Source: Acidobacteriota bacterium (GTDB lineage: Bacteria > Acidobacteriota > UBA4820 > DSQY01). Taken from it: 64,000 bases of DNA. The notes beneath the pieces are model-generated. The model worked only from the letters and a program-made list of their open reading frames with translations, was not told the origin of the DNA and searched no databases. Positions within the stretch are counted from its first letter, which is position 1. The number at the start of each line of letters is the position of its first letter. The DNA lies in contig JBBILR010000002.1 of assembly GCA_037444825.1 (NCBI GenBank), positions 27,984-91,983 on the forward strand, read 5' to 3'. The translations under genes and the position numbers were made by a program. This document shows positions 35,038 through 44,256 of this stretch, piece by piece.

Positions 35038-35828
35038 CCGGCGCGGCGGTGGCGGCGGTGCTCCACCGGGACCTTCGCCTGGCCCTCTCGTACCGTTTGA
35101 ACTTCTTGCTGGGGGCCCTCTCCAGCCTCTTCTCCGCCGTGCTCTGGTATTACCTGTCGGCTTTCGTTACCGTCCGGGGAACGGAGGTTCCCGGCGGCTA
35201 CTTCGCCTTCGTGGCGACGGGAACGGTCCTCCTCCAGTACGTAACGGCCGCCCTCCACGGGGCTTCGCGGCGGCTCCGGGAGGAGCAGGCGGCGGGAACC
35301 CTGGAGTTCCTCCTCTCTTCCCCCGCCCCGCCCTGGGGCCTGCTCTTCGCCTCGGTCCTCTTCGACCTTTTGCTCCGGACGGCGGACGCCCTGGTGCTCC
35401 TGGGGGCCGGCGCGGCGCTGGGCCTGGAGTTCCGCCTCCACCATCCCCTGGCCCTGCTGGTCATCGCGTTGCTCTCGGTGGCCTCCTTCGCCGCCCTGGG
35501 GATCCTGGCCGCCTCCTTCCTGCTGGTCTTCCAGCGGGGGGAGCCGGTGACGCCCCTGGTGGGGGGGCTCCTGGCCCTCTTGGGCGGGGTCTTTTTCCCG
35601 CCGTCGGTCCTGCCGCCTTTCCTGGCCGCCGCCGCCCGGCTTCTGCCCCTCTCCTACGCCGCCGACGGGCTGAGGGCCGTCCTTCTGGAGGGGAAGGGTC
35701 TGACGGCCCTGGGGGGGGTGGTGGGTCCCCTGGCGCTCTTCGCGGCCCTTCTCCTTCCGCTTTCGTTCCTGGCCTTCTCGACGGCCCTTCGCGCCGCCCG
35801 CCGGTACGGCCTCTTGGGGAGGTACTGA
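35034..35828 (+). CDS. ABC-2 type transporter permease
   Basis: 264 aa, 6 predicted TM helices. GTGA overlap with the ATPase gene. Confidence 0.75.
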   Translation: MTGAAVAAVLHRDLRLALSYRLNFLLGALSSLFSAVLWYYLSAFVTVRGTEVPGGYFAFVATGTVLLQYVTAALHGASRRLREEQAAGTLEFLLSSPAPPWGLLFASVLFDLLLRTADALVLLGAGAALGLEFRLHHPLALLVIALLSVASFAALGILAASFLLVFQRGEPVTPLVGGLLALLGGVFFPPSVLPPFLAAAARLLPLSYAADGLRAVLLEGKGLTALGGVVGPLALFAALLLPLSFLAFSTALRAARRYGLLGRY

Positions 35829-35838
35829 AGGCTGTGGT

Positions 35839-36165
35839 ATGCTGAAGGGCGGAGCGAGCGCCATGGCCGAAGGCGACACCTTCACCGTCACGTGCCCCTG
35901 CTGTCAGGCCCTGCTCCGGGTGGACGGCCGGGCGGGGGTGGTGGTTTCCCACGAGGCCCCGCCGCCCGCCGGGGAGAAGACATCCTTCGAGGAGCGGATG
36001 CGGCGCCTCGAGGAGGAGAAGCGGGCCGCCGAGGAAAAGTTCCAGGAGTCCATCCGGGCCGAGAAGGCCAAGAAGGACGTACTCGAAAAGAAGTTTCAGG
36101 ATCTGTTCAAGAAGGCCAAGGAGGGGCCCGCGGGGCCGGTGCCCAAGGACATCGACCTGGATTGA
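35839..36165 (+). CDS. small zinc-ribbon/coiled-coil protein (CPCC motif)
   Basis: TVTCPCCQALLRVD ribbon followed by a Lys/Glu-rich helix (EEKRAAEEKFQESIRAEKAKKDVLEKKFQDLFKKAKE). Confidence 0.5.
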   Translation: MLKGGASAMAEGDTFTVTCPCCQALLRVDGRAGVVVSHEAPPPAGEKTSFEERMRRLEEEKRAAEEKFQESIRAEKAKKDVLEKKFQDLFKKAKEGPAGPVPKDIDLD

Positions 36166-36198
36166 GGCCCCACCGGGGGTTTTCGGGGGAGGCGCACG

Positions 36199-36726
36199 AT
36201 GAAGAAAGCAATGGCGTTGACGGCGGGGGCGGTTTTGGCGGCGGGGTTGGTCCTGGGCTGCAAGAAGGGCCCCGAGCCCCCCAAGGACATCCAGGCCTAC
36301 GCCGTGGATTCGGCCCAGGGGGTCCTCAACCCCGACGTGGCGGTCTTCGACAAGACCGTCTCGGCGGACGGCAACGGCTCCCTCAAGGTGAGCACCGAAA
36401 TGCCCACCACCGTCACCCTCTACGAGGTCTCCTTCCCCGGCGTGGAGGGGGCCGACCTGGTGTACCGAGCCAAGGTGAAGACCCAGGACTTCGGGGGGGA
36501 CGCCTACCTCCAGATGGTGGTCCACTTCCCCGCCGGAGGCGAGGTGACGGCCCAGAACTACCAGAACGCCCTCCGCGGCACCTCCGACTGGACGACGCTG
36601 GAGACCTCCCTGCGCCTCCAGAAGGGGCAGAAGCCCGATTCGGTGCGCCTGGGGCTCGTGGTGAACGGGGTGGGCACCGTCTGGATCGACGACATTCACC
36701 TCATCAAGGCCCCTTCGGCCCAGTAG
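36199..36726 (+). CDS. hypothetical lipoprotein
   Basis: Lipobox LVLGC after MKKAMALTAGAVLAAG; 175 aa. Confidence 0.6.
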   Translation: MKKAMALTAGAVLAAGLVLGCKKGPEPPKDIQAYAVDSAQGVLNPDVAVFDKTVSADGNGSLKVSTEMPTTVTLYEVSFPGVEGADLVYRAKVKTQDFGGDAYLQMVVHFPAGGEVTAQNYQNALRGTSDWTTLETSLRLQKGQKPDSVRLGLVVNGVGTVWIDDIHLIKAPSAQ

Positions 36727-36862
36727 CTTCGGGGTAGCGGTAAGCCAAGGGGGGCGGGGACGACCCGGCCCCCGCGGCGTTGACCTGCGATCCTTGCGCG
36801 GCGGGTGGGGTTGCGGATACACTCGCCCCCAGTGGTAGTCGCGCGCGGGCAAGGGGACGGCC

Positions 36863-39403
36863 ATGCGGAAGGTCGGGGAGCGGTACCGGAGGTTTTTTCA
36901 GGATCTCCTTCCCATCCTCTTCGCGCTCCTCGTATCGGCCGTCTACTTCCTTTCGGTGGTCCCCAACACCCGGCCGTACTGGGACCGTTTCGTTCTCCTC
37001 ACGCTGGTCCTGTTGGTTCTGGACCGCATCGTCATCGCCTGGTACATGCGGCGAAGGCTCCTTCCGCCCATCCTGGCCTACAAGCGGGGGAGGCGGGCGG
37101 GAAGGCGCTTTAGCCGCCCGGAGCTGGAGGAGTTCTACCGGGCCTTTTCCTCCTACGTCATTCGCCACCAGGTGATGAGCGCCGTGGCCTGGGCCGTGGC
37201 GGCGCTGGCCCTGGCGACCCTGACCTACCTCTTCCTTCAGCGGACGGCGCTGGCCTTTTTCGGCGTCCTTTTCACGGGGGCCATCGCCGCCGGCGTCTCC
37301 CTGGGTTTCTCCTACTTCGTCCTCCAAAGGCAGACGGGACCGCTCCTGGAGGAGGTCCAGGCCCAGTTGGAGCGCCTCCCCGACGTCTCGAGGTGGCGGC
37401 TCTCCGTGCGCTCCAAGGTGGGGGGCTCGGTGATCCTCCTCACGGCCCTGGCCTTTCTCGCCTTCGGCGTCCTCGTTTACTCGAAGATTTCGCTGGGGCT
37501 TTCGGACTTCGCCGTGCGAACGGGGCTGGAGGAGGGGGGGGCGCTTCTCTCCGCCTTGGAAACCGCGCCGGAAGGCGAATGGTCCGCCCTCCTCCAGGGG
37601 GTCGCCAGCCCCCTCTGGTGCCTCCAGGTGGTGAACGAAAAGGGGGAGGTGCTGGCGGCCACGCCGGGGGAGGTCCGCGCCCCCATGGCCGAGGCGGCGC
37701 GCCTCCTGGCGGTACCGGGCCCGCCGCGAACGGTGATGACCAACTGGGGCACCGCGGGGGTGAAGGGCCTCCCCGGCGGGAAGGCCGCGCTCCTCCTTCC
37801 CCGAAAGGGGGGAACCGGAAGGATCCTCGGAGGCTTCGCCGTGACGGGGGGGCTCTTCCTCCTCGGAACCCTGCTGGTTCTGGGGGCCTACATCCTCTGG
37901 CTGAGCCGGGATACGGCGAGGACCCTGGCCCGCACCACGGAGGCCGGCGCCCGCCTGGCGTCGGGGGACCTCCGGGAAGTCCCGTCCATCTGGTCCGACG
38001 ACGAGATGGGGAGCCTCGCCGAAGACCTCCGGGAGACCTTCCGGGGGCTGAGGAAGCTCACCCGTGAGGTGGCGGGGGCCGCGTCCACCGTGGACGAGGA
38101 GGTGGCCCGCACCGTGGAGGTGGTGGGCGGCCTCCACGAGCGGGTGGCCGACCAGAGCCGCTCGGCGGCCCGGACCGACGAGGCCCTCAAGTCCCTGGAA
38201 GGCCGGATCCTGGAGGTCTCCCGGGCCATGGAGCAGGTCTCCACCTCCACGCAGGAGGTCTCCTCGGCCATCCTGGAGATGCAGGCCAGCGTGGAGGAGA
38301 TCGCGCGGAACGCCGACGTGCTGATCTCCTCGGTGGAGACCACCGCCGCCTCCTCCAACGAAATCGCCTCGTCGGCCCAGGAGGTGAAGGGGGCCACGGA
38401 GCGCCTCCACGGGGCGGGGCAGGAGGCCGTCTCCTTCCTCAACGAGCTGGACGCCTCCCTGGAGGAGACCCGCCGGAACGCCGCCGCCCTTCGCGACGCC
38501 GCCGCCAAGGTCACCAAGGACGCGGAGGCCGGCTTCGCCGCCGTGGCGGCGGTGGAGGACGGGATCCTGAAGACCCGAAGGGCCGGCGAGGAGAGCCAGA
38601 AGACCCTCGGGGACCTGATGGATTCCATCCATCGCATCGGGCGCATCGTGGGGGTGATCCAGGAGGTCACCGAGCAGACCAACCTCCTCAGCCTCAACGC
38701 CTCCATCATCGCCGCCGGGGCGGGGGAGTACGGCAAGGCCTTCGCCGTGGTGGCCCACGAGATCCGGGAGCTTTCGGCCCGCACGGCGGCCAACGCCAAG
38801 GAGATCCGGGAGGTCATCGCGCGCCTCACCGAGAGCGGCGGCGAGATGGCCGCCTCCATGGACCGCACCGTGGAGGTGGTGGACCGCAGCACCGACCTCA
38901 GCCGGGAGGCGGGCCTGGCCTTGAGGACCATCCTGGAGTCGGCCTCCACCCAGGAGGAGATGAGCCGGCGGATCGCCGCCGCCACCGAGGAGCTGGCCCA
39001 CGGGGGACAGTCGGCCAGCCGGGCCATGCAGGCGATTTTCGAGATGATCGAAGGGATCTCCCGCGCGGCCCACGAGCAGGCGCAGTCCACCCTCTTCCTC
39101 AACCAGGAGGCCGAGCGGGTGCGGGACGTGGCCCGCCAGCTCCGTAACGCCACCGGGGAGCAGGCCAAGGGGTCGCGGGTCATCAGCGAGGCCGTCACGC
39201 GCATCATGGAGGACACGGCGGGAACCACCCGGGCCGTGCAGGTCCAGACCCGCGAGGCGGCGGCCATCAGCGAGGCGGCCCGGGAGGTGGCGGAGACGGC
39301 CAGGGCCATCGAGCGCTCCTTCGAAGACCTCAGCGCCGCCGCCGGGCGCCTCCGCCGGAGCGCCGAGATCCTGCAGCGGGAGATCCGGGCCTTCCGCACC
39401 TGA
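36863..39403 (+). CDS. methyl-accepting chemotaxis protein, atypical multi-TM N-terminus + HAMP + MCP signalling domain
   Basis: Highly conserved MCP core [41 protein letters not shown] (LASGDLREVPSIWSDDEMGSLAEDLRETF). Four TM helices, a ~130-aa loop, then a fifth TM before HAMP. Confidence 0.88.
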   Translation: MRKVGERYRRFFQDLLPILFALLVSAVYFLSVVPNTRPYWDRFVLLTLVLLVLDRIVIAWYMRRRLLPPILAYKRGRRAGRRFSRPELEEFYRAFSSYVIRHQVMSAVAWAVAALALATLTYLFLQRTALAFFGVLFTGAIAAGVSLGFSYFVLQRQTGPLLEEVQAQLERLPDVSRWRLSVRSKVGGSVILLTALAFLAFGVLVYSKISLGLSDFAVRTGLEEGGALLSALETAPEGEWSALLQGVASPLWCLQVVNEKGEVLAATPGEVRAPMAEAARLLAVPGPPRTVMTNWGTAGVKGLPGGKAALLLPRKGGTGRILGGFAVTGGLFLLGTLLVLGAYILWLSRDTARTLARTTEAGARLASGDLREVPSIWSDDEMGSLAEDLRETFRGLRKLTREVAGAASTVDEEVARTVEVVGGLHERVADQSRSAARTDEALKSLEGRILEVSRAMEQVSTSTQEVSSAILEMQASVEEIARNADVLISSVETTAASSNEIASSAQEVKGATERLHGAGQEAVSFLNELDASLEETRRNAAALRDAAAKVTKDAEAGFAAVAAVEDGILKTRRAGEESQKTLGDLMDSIHRIGRIVGVIQEVTEQTNLLSLNASIIAAGAGEYGKAFAVVAHEIRELSARTAANAKEIREVIARLTESGGEMAASMDRTVEVVDRSTDLSREAGLALRTILESASTQEEMSRRIAAATEELAHGGQSASRAMQAIFEMIEGISRAAHEQAQSTLFLNQEAERVRDVARQLRNATGEQAKGSRVISEAVTRIMEDTAGTTRAVQVQTREAAAISEAAREVAETARAIERSFEDLSAAAGRLRRSAEILQREIRAFRT

Positions 39404-39438
39404 GACGGGCCGTTCCCGCGTTTTCCGAGGAGAAGCCC

Positions 39439-40479
39439 ATGACCGAAGGACCGCTCCGCTACAAGGACGCCGGCGTGGACATCGACGCGCAGGAAGAGGG
39501 GCTCCGGGGCGTGAAACAACTCGCCCGGGAGACCTTCACGAAGGGTGTCCTCTCGGAGATCGGCCTCTTCGGCGGGCTCTTCGCCCTGGACCCCGATGAC
39601 CCCCGGGGACCGGTGCTGGTGGCCTCCGCCGACGGGGTCGGCACCAAGCTCCAGGTGGCGGAGAGGGCGGGGCGCTTCGACACCGTGGGGGAAGACCTGG
39701 TCAACCACTGCGTCAACGACATTCTCGTTCAGGGGGCCGAACCGCTCTTCTTTCTCGACTACTTCGCCGCGGGCCGCCTGGACCCCCGGCGTCTGGTGGA
39801 GGTGGTGTCGGGGCTCGCCCGGGGGTGCCGGGAGAACGGCTGCGCCCTGCTGGGGGGGGAGACGGCGGAGATGCCCGGACTGTACCAGGGGGAGGACTTC
39901 GACCTGGCGGGGTTCATCGTGGGCCGCGTCCAGCGGGACCGGCTCCTTCCCCGCGAGGTGGCCCCCGGCCAGATCCTCCTGGGCCTTCCCTCCAGCGGCC
40001 TTCACACCAACGGCTTCTCCCTGGCCCGGAAGCTCTTCTTCGAGATCAAGGGATTCACCACCGAGACGAGGCTCCAGGACCTGGGGGCCCCCCTGGGGGA
40101 GGTCCTTCTCGCCGTCCACCGGTCGTACTTGAAGCCCCTGGCGCCCCTTCTCCAGCCCGGCTCGGGCCTTCGGGGCCTCGCCCACATCACCGGAGGGGGC
40201 ATCCCCGACAACCTGCCCCGGATCCTGCCCGAGGGGGTCCGGGCGGTGGTCCGGCCGAGTGGGTGGACCGAACCGCCCATCTTCGGCTACATCCGGAGGG
40301 AGGGGAAGGTCCCCGAGGAGGAGATGCGGCGCACCTTCAACCTGGGCGTCGGCATGGTCCTCGTGGCCGAGGCCGACAGGGCCGAGGAGATCCTGGGGGT
40401 TCTGAAACACTCCGGCGAGGCCCCCTTCGTGGTCGGGGAACTGAGGGAGGGGGACCGGGGGGTCGAGTACGAAGGCTAG
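39439..40479 (+). CDS. purM: phosphoribosylformylglycinamidine cyclo-ligase (AIR synthetase)
   Basis: 346 aa. DAGVDIDA, GGLFAL, VASADGVGTKL and HITGGG motifs. Confidence 0.93.
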   Translation: MTEGPLRYKDAGVDIDAQEEGLRGVKQLARETFTKGVLSEIGLFGGLFALDPDDPRGPVLVASADGVGTKLQVAERAGRFDTVGEDLVNHCVNDILVQGAEPLFFLDYFAAGRLDPRRLVEVVSGLARGCRENGCALLGGETAEMPGLYQGEDFDLAGFIVGRVQRDRLLPREVAPGQILLGLPSSGLHTNGFSLARKLFFEIKGFTTETRLQDLGAPLGEVLLAVHRSYLKPLAPLLQPGSGLRGLAHITGGGIPDNLPRILPEGVRAVVRPSGWTEPPIFGYIRREGKVPEEEMRRTFNLGVGMVLVAEADRAEEILGVLKHSGEAPFVVGELREGDRGVEYEG

Positions 40480-40511
40480 GAGGCCAAGGTCCTCCGAGAG
40501 ACGCGGAGGTC

Positions 40512-41093
40512 TCAGCCGGAGGCGGAACGGCTCCGGAGGTAGGCTTCCAGGGCGTTGCGGACCTTGCCCCGGGCCCGGTGGAGCCGCATCTTCACCACGT
40601 CCTTGCCGAGGCCCAGCGCCTGGGCCACCGTTTCGGTGTCGAGTCCCTCGAGATCCCTCAGAACCAGCACCGAGCGGTAGCCCTCGGGCAGATCGAGGAT
40701 CGCCTGCCGGAGCCGCTCCCTCAGCTCGTCGTCCAGGAGGGCCTGGTCCGGAAGGCGGCTCCAGGGCAACGCCTCCCCCGCCCCGGGGCCCGGAAGGGCC
40801 TCGTCCAGCTCCACCTCCTCCTTCAGGTACTTGGAACGGCGGCGCCGCATGAGGCAGGCGTTGTGGGCGATGCGGTACAGCCAGCCGGCGAAGGCCCCCG
40901 GCTGCTTGAGGGTGGAGATGGACTCGAAGGTCTTGAGGAGGGTGTCCTGGAGGACCTCCCGGGCGTCCTCCCGGTCCCCGCACATGCGGTAGCCGAAGTT
41001 GAGGAGCTTTTCGCCGTAGGACCGGAAAAACTCCTCGAAGGCCTGGGGATCGCGGGCCTTCATGCGTTCGATGAGCTCCACGGGGACCTCCAC
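40512..41093 (-). CDS. ECF (sigma-70 family group 4) RNA polymerase sigma factor
   Basis: Region 2 (FEEFFRSYGEKLLNFGYRMCGDREDAREVLQDTLLKTF...WLYRIAHNACLMRRRR) and region 4 HTH (LPEGYRSVLVLRDLEGLDTETVAQALGLGKDVVKMRLHRARG). GTG start at 41093 with an AAGGGGGAG RBS. No adjacent anti-sigma gene. Confidence 0.8.
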   Translation of the reverse strand: MEVPVELIERMKARDPQAFEEFFRSYGEKLLNFGYRMCGDREDAREVLQDTLLKTFESISTLKQPGAFAGWLYRIAHNACLMRRRRSKYLKEEVELDEALPGPGAGEALPWSRLPDQALLDDELRERLRQAILDLPEGYRSVLVLRDLEGLDTETVAQALGLGKDVVKMRLHRARGKVRNALEAYLRSRSASG

Positions 41094-41229
41094 GCGCGCT
41101 CCCCCTTTGGCCCGCAGTATAGGCCGAAAGCCCCTCCGGCCATAGCCCCCGCGCCGCTGTCGCGCACAGGCCCCCGCGGGGCTTGTCTCCGGAAGGGTGG
41201 ACCGGCTACGATGGGGCGGGAGGTGGAGG

Positions 41230-43782
41230 ATGGGAAGGCTCATCGGCAGGCTCCCCAGCTGGCTGCTCGAACTGGTGCCGATCCTCGTGGGCATCGCCGT
41301 GGCCTTCGCCTACTTCGTCGTCACCCTGCCGGCCACGCGGCCCTTCGTCCCCCAGTACTTTCTCGCCGCGTTGGTCATCTACCTCCTCTCCCGGCCCCCC
41401 GCCGTGTGGTACTACAACCGCTTCGTGCTCCCGCCCCTCAAGGCGTACCGGAAGGCCCGGAGGTCCGGGCGGCCCCTCAGCCAGGCGGACCTCCGAAGGT
41501 TCTACCTCGACCTCTCCCCCTTCCTGCCCCGCCACCTCTTGGGCAGCCTGGTCATCTGGCTGGGCTGCGGCGCGGCCCTCCTCACCGCCGACCAGCTCTT
41601 CCTGGTGGGCACCTTCCTCTCCGCCGTCACCCTGGTCTTCACCACCATCATCATCGTGGTGGTGGGGGTGGTTCTCTCCTACTACGTCAACAAGGCCCGC
41701 CTGACCCCCGTGATGGAGGAGATCCAGGGACTCCTGGAGCGGCCCCCGGAGGTGCGGAAGGGCAGGCTTTCCATCCCCATGAAGGTGGCGGGGGGCGTGC
41801 TGGCCATCAACCTGCTGGCTTTTTTCGCTTTCGGCGTTCTTCTCTACGCGCAGATGGCCCGGGCCATCCAGGTTTCGATCCTCCGCCAAGCCGCCGGGAG
41901 CACCGGCACCCTCGGAGAGGTCCTGGACGGGCTCCCGAGGGAGCGCTGGGCCGCGGAACTGGAAGCGCGGCGCCCCGCGGGCACCGTTCTCGCGGTGGTG
42001 GCCTCCGACGGGACGGTGGTGGCCGAGGCGCCCCCCCGTTCCGTCTCCGGCTTCCGGAGCGTGGGGCGGTGGATCCGAACGTGGGGAAGGGTGGGCCAGG
42101 AGGCCCAGGCCGCCACCCCGCTGGGCCAGGCCCTCTTCCGGCCCGGCCCCCAGGGGCTGGGCCTTCTCCTCGGCGTGGACCGGTCCGAGACCTCGCCGAG
42201 AAGGATGTTCGCCATCTTCACCGTGGGCTTCTTCTACCTCGTGGTGGCCATGCTGCTCCTCGTGCTCTTCATCGGCCTCTTCGGGCGGGACCTCTCCGCC
42301 GTGGGCCAGCGGCTGGCGGCCTTCTCCCACCGGATGGCGGAGGGGGACCTCCGGACCTCCGTCCCCGTGTGGTCCGACGACGAGCTGGGGCGCATCTCCG
42401 ACGACCTCCACGGGCAGTTTCGGGACCTCCGAACCCTCGCCGGGGAGGTGGGCCTCTCGGCGCGCCTCGTGGAGGAGGAGATCGGGAGGCTGGCCGTGAC
42501 GGCGGAGCGCCTCCACCGGGAGGTGGACAGCCAGAACCGCTCCCTCTCGGAGACCCGCGGGGCCGTGGAGGAAGCCTCCCGGACGGCGGAGGGGGTCTCG
42601 CGCTCGGCGGCGGAGGTGGCCTCCTTCACCCAGGAGGTGTCGTCCACCGTCCTGGAACTCCAGGCCAGCACCGAGGAGATTTCCCGGAGCGCCGACGTCC
42701 TCACCCAGTCGGTGGAGCAGACGGCCTCCTCCTCCAACGAGATCGCCGCCGCGGCGGAGGAGATCGCGGGGACGGTGCGGGAACTGGAGGGAAACGGGCA
42801 GGAGGCGGTCTCCTTCTTCCTCGAGCTGGACGCCTCTCTCGAGGAGACGCGGCGGAACGCCCAGAGCCTCCTGGAGGCCGCCCAGAAGGTCCGGGCGGAC
42901 GCGGAGGCGGGCAACCAGGCGGTGCGGGAGGTGGGGGAGACCATCGAGGCCACCCACCGCTCCATCGAAGAGAGCCAGCGGGACCTGGAGTCCCTCCAGG
43001 CCGCCCTGGAGCGGATCCACTCCGTCACCGACGTCATCCAGGAGATCAGCGAGCAGACCAACCTGCTCTCCCTCAACGCCTCCATCATCGCCGCCGGGGC
43101 CGGGGAACACGGAAGGGCCTTCGCGGTGGTGGCCCAGCAGATCCGGGAACTCTCCCACCGGACGGCCCTCAACGTACGGGAGATCCGCGACCACATCCGC
43201 ACGGTGGGGGAGAGCCGGGAACGGGTGGCCCGTTCGGTGGAGCGGTCGGTCCTCTCGGCCCGGAGGAGCACCGACCTTTCCCGCTCCGCGTGGGAGGCCC
43301 TGGCCACCATCCTCGACTCCTCGGTCCGCCAGGACGACGTTTCCAGGACCATCGCCGCGGCGGCGGAGGAGGTGGCCCACGGGGGGCGCAGGGCCAGCCG
43401 GGTCATCGAGGGGATCTTCGAGCGGGTCCAGCAGATCGGAAGGGCCACCCGCCAGCAGGTGGAGGCCACGCGGCTCTTGCACCAGGAGGCCGAAAGGGTG
43501 CGCGAGGTGGCCGCCCACCTTCGCGCCGCCACGGAAGAGCAGGCCCGGGGGACGGCCATGGCCGGCCAGGGGGTCACCCGGATCGCCGAGGAGAGCGCCG
43601 CGACCTCCCAATCCATGGCCCGACAGGCGGAGACCTCCCGGGCCATCACCGCAGCGGTGAACCGCATCAGCGAGGCCGCCGACGCCCTTTCGGGGGCCTT
43701 CGGGGACCTCACCCGGTCGGCGGCGCGCCTCGAGGACGGGGCCCGGCGGCTCAACGAGAGCCTGAGGGCCGTCCGCGTGTGA
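41230..43782 (+). CDS. methyl-accepting chemotaxis protein, paralog of the 36863-39403 gene (same multi-TM + HAMP + MCP architecture)
   Basis: [41 protein letters not shown] ([29 protein letters not shown]). ATG at 41230 with a GGGAGGTGGAGG RBS; divergent from the ECF sigma gene. Confidence 0.88.
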   Translation: MGRLIGRLPSWLLELVPILVGIAVAFAYFVVTLPATRPFVPQYFLAALVIYLLSRPPAVWYYNRFVLPPLKAYRKARRSGRPLSQADLRRFYLDLSPFLPRHLLGSLVIWLGCGAALLTADQLFLVGTFLSAVTLVFTTIIIVVVGVVLSYYVNKARLTPVMEEIQGLLERPPEVRKGRLSIPMKVAGGVLAINLLAFFAFGVLLYAQMARAIQVSILRQAAGSTGTLGEVLDGLPRERWAAELEARRPAGTVLAVVASDGTVVAEAPPRSVSGFRSVGRWIRTWGRVGQEAQAATPLGQALFRPGPQGLGLLLGVDRSETSPRRMFAIFTVGFFYLVVAMLLLVLFIGLFGRDLSAVGQRLAAFSHRMAEGDLRTSVPVWSDDELGRISDDLHGQFRDLRTLAGEVGLSARLVEEEIGRLAVTAERLHREVDSQNRSLSETRGAVEEASRTAEGVSRSAAEVASFTQEVSSTVLELQASTEEISRSADVLTQSVEQTASSSNEIAAAAEEIAGTVRELEGNGQEAVSFFLELDASLEETRRNAQSLLEAAQKVRADAEAGNQAVREVGETIEATHRSIEESQRDLESLQAALERIHSVTDVIQEISEQTNLLSLNASIIAAGAGEHGRAFAVVAQQIRELSHRTALNVREIRDHIRTVGESRERVARSVERSVLSARRSTDLSRSAWEALATILDSSVRQDDVSRTIAAAAEEVAHGGRRASRVIEGIFERVQQIGRATRQQVEATRLLHQEAERVREVAAHLRAATEEQARGTAMAGQGVTRIAEESAATSQSMARQAETSRAITAAVNRISEAADALSGAFGDLTRSAARLEDGARRLNESLRAVRV

Positions 43783-43802
43783 GGCCGGGGCGCCCCCAGG
43801 GC

Positions 43803-44240
43803 CTACCTCCCCGGTTTTCGCCGGAAGTACTCCAGCCAGAACTCCACGTCCACGCCCTCGGAGGCCGGCTTCTCGTCTCGCCGGGGGCGCCTCCGTTTCC
43901 GCAGGGAGGCCAGGAACTCCCCAGGCTCCATCCCCCGGGCCCCCTTCTCCCGGCAGCGGGCCAAAAGCTCCCGGTCGGCGGTGACCACCGTGTCCCCGGG
44001 CCTCACCAGCCCGGCGATGACGTCGTCGGCCTTGACCTTTCCCGCGTAGGAGACGGCGATTCTCCCTCGCCGTTCCCCGCCCCGGCGGCCCTCCGGCGGA
44101 GGACCGTCGAAGACCACGGTGAGGGGGGAGGGGGCTGCGCCGGCGAGGAGCCTCTCCAGCAGGCCCTCCCGTCCGGGGTCCCGCCCCTCGCCCTCGGCGA
44201 GGTGCCCCAGGAGGTTGTTCCCGTCGAGGATCCAGGTCAC
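43803..44240 (-). CDS. NYN-domain (YacP-like) putative RNase/RNA-binding protein
   Basis: 145 aa. N-terminal ILDGNNLLGH and a central Asp/Glu-containing beta-alpha core typical of YacP-like NYN proteins. 16 nt downstream of the DUF4388 gene. Assignment by motif recollection only. Confidence 0.5.
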   Translation of the reverse strand: MTWILDGNNLLGHLAEGEGRDPGREGLLERLLAGAAPSPLTVVFDGPPPEGRRGGERRGRIAVSYAGKVKADDVIAGLVRPGDTVVTADRELLARCREKGARGMEPGEFLASLRKRRRPRRDEKPASEGVDVEFWLEYFRRKPGR

Positions 44241-44256
44241 GGCGTCTTGGGCCGCC

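Noticed and set aside
36727-36862. Candidate promoter for MCP1 (TTGACC at 36781 and a GG/GC pattern resembling sigma-54)
   Set aside because: Spacing does not fit either sigma-70 (no -10 at 16-19 nt) or sigma-54 (GG-N10-GC not satisfied).
37888-40983. 1031-aa minus ORF spanning MCP1, purM and the sigma factor gene
   Set aside because: Crosses three well-supported genes on the other strand; biased composition.
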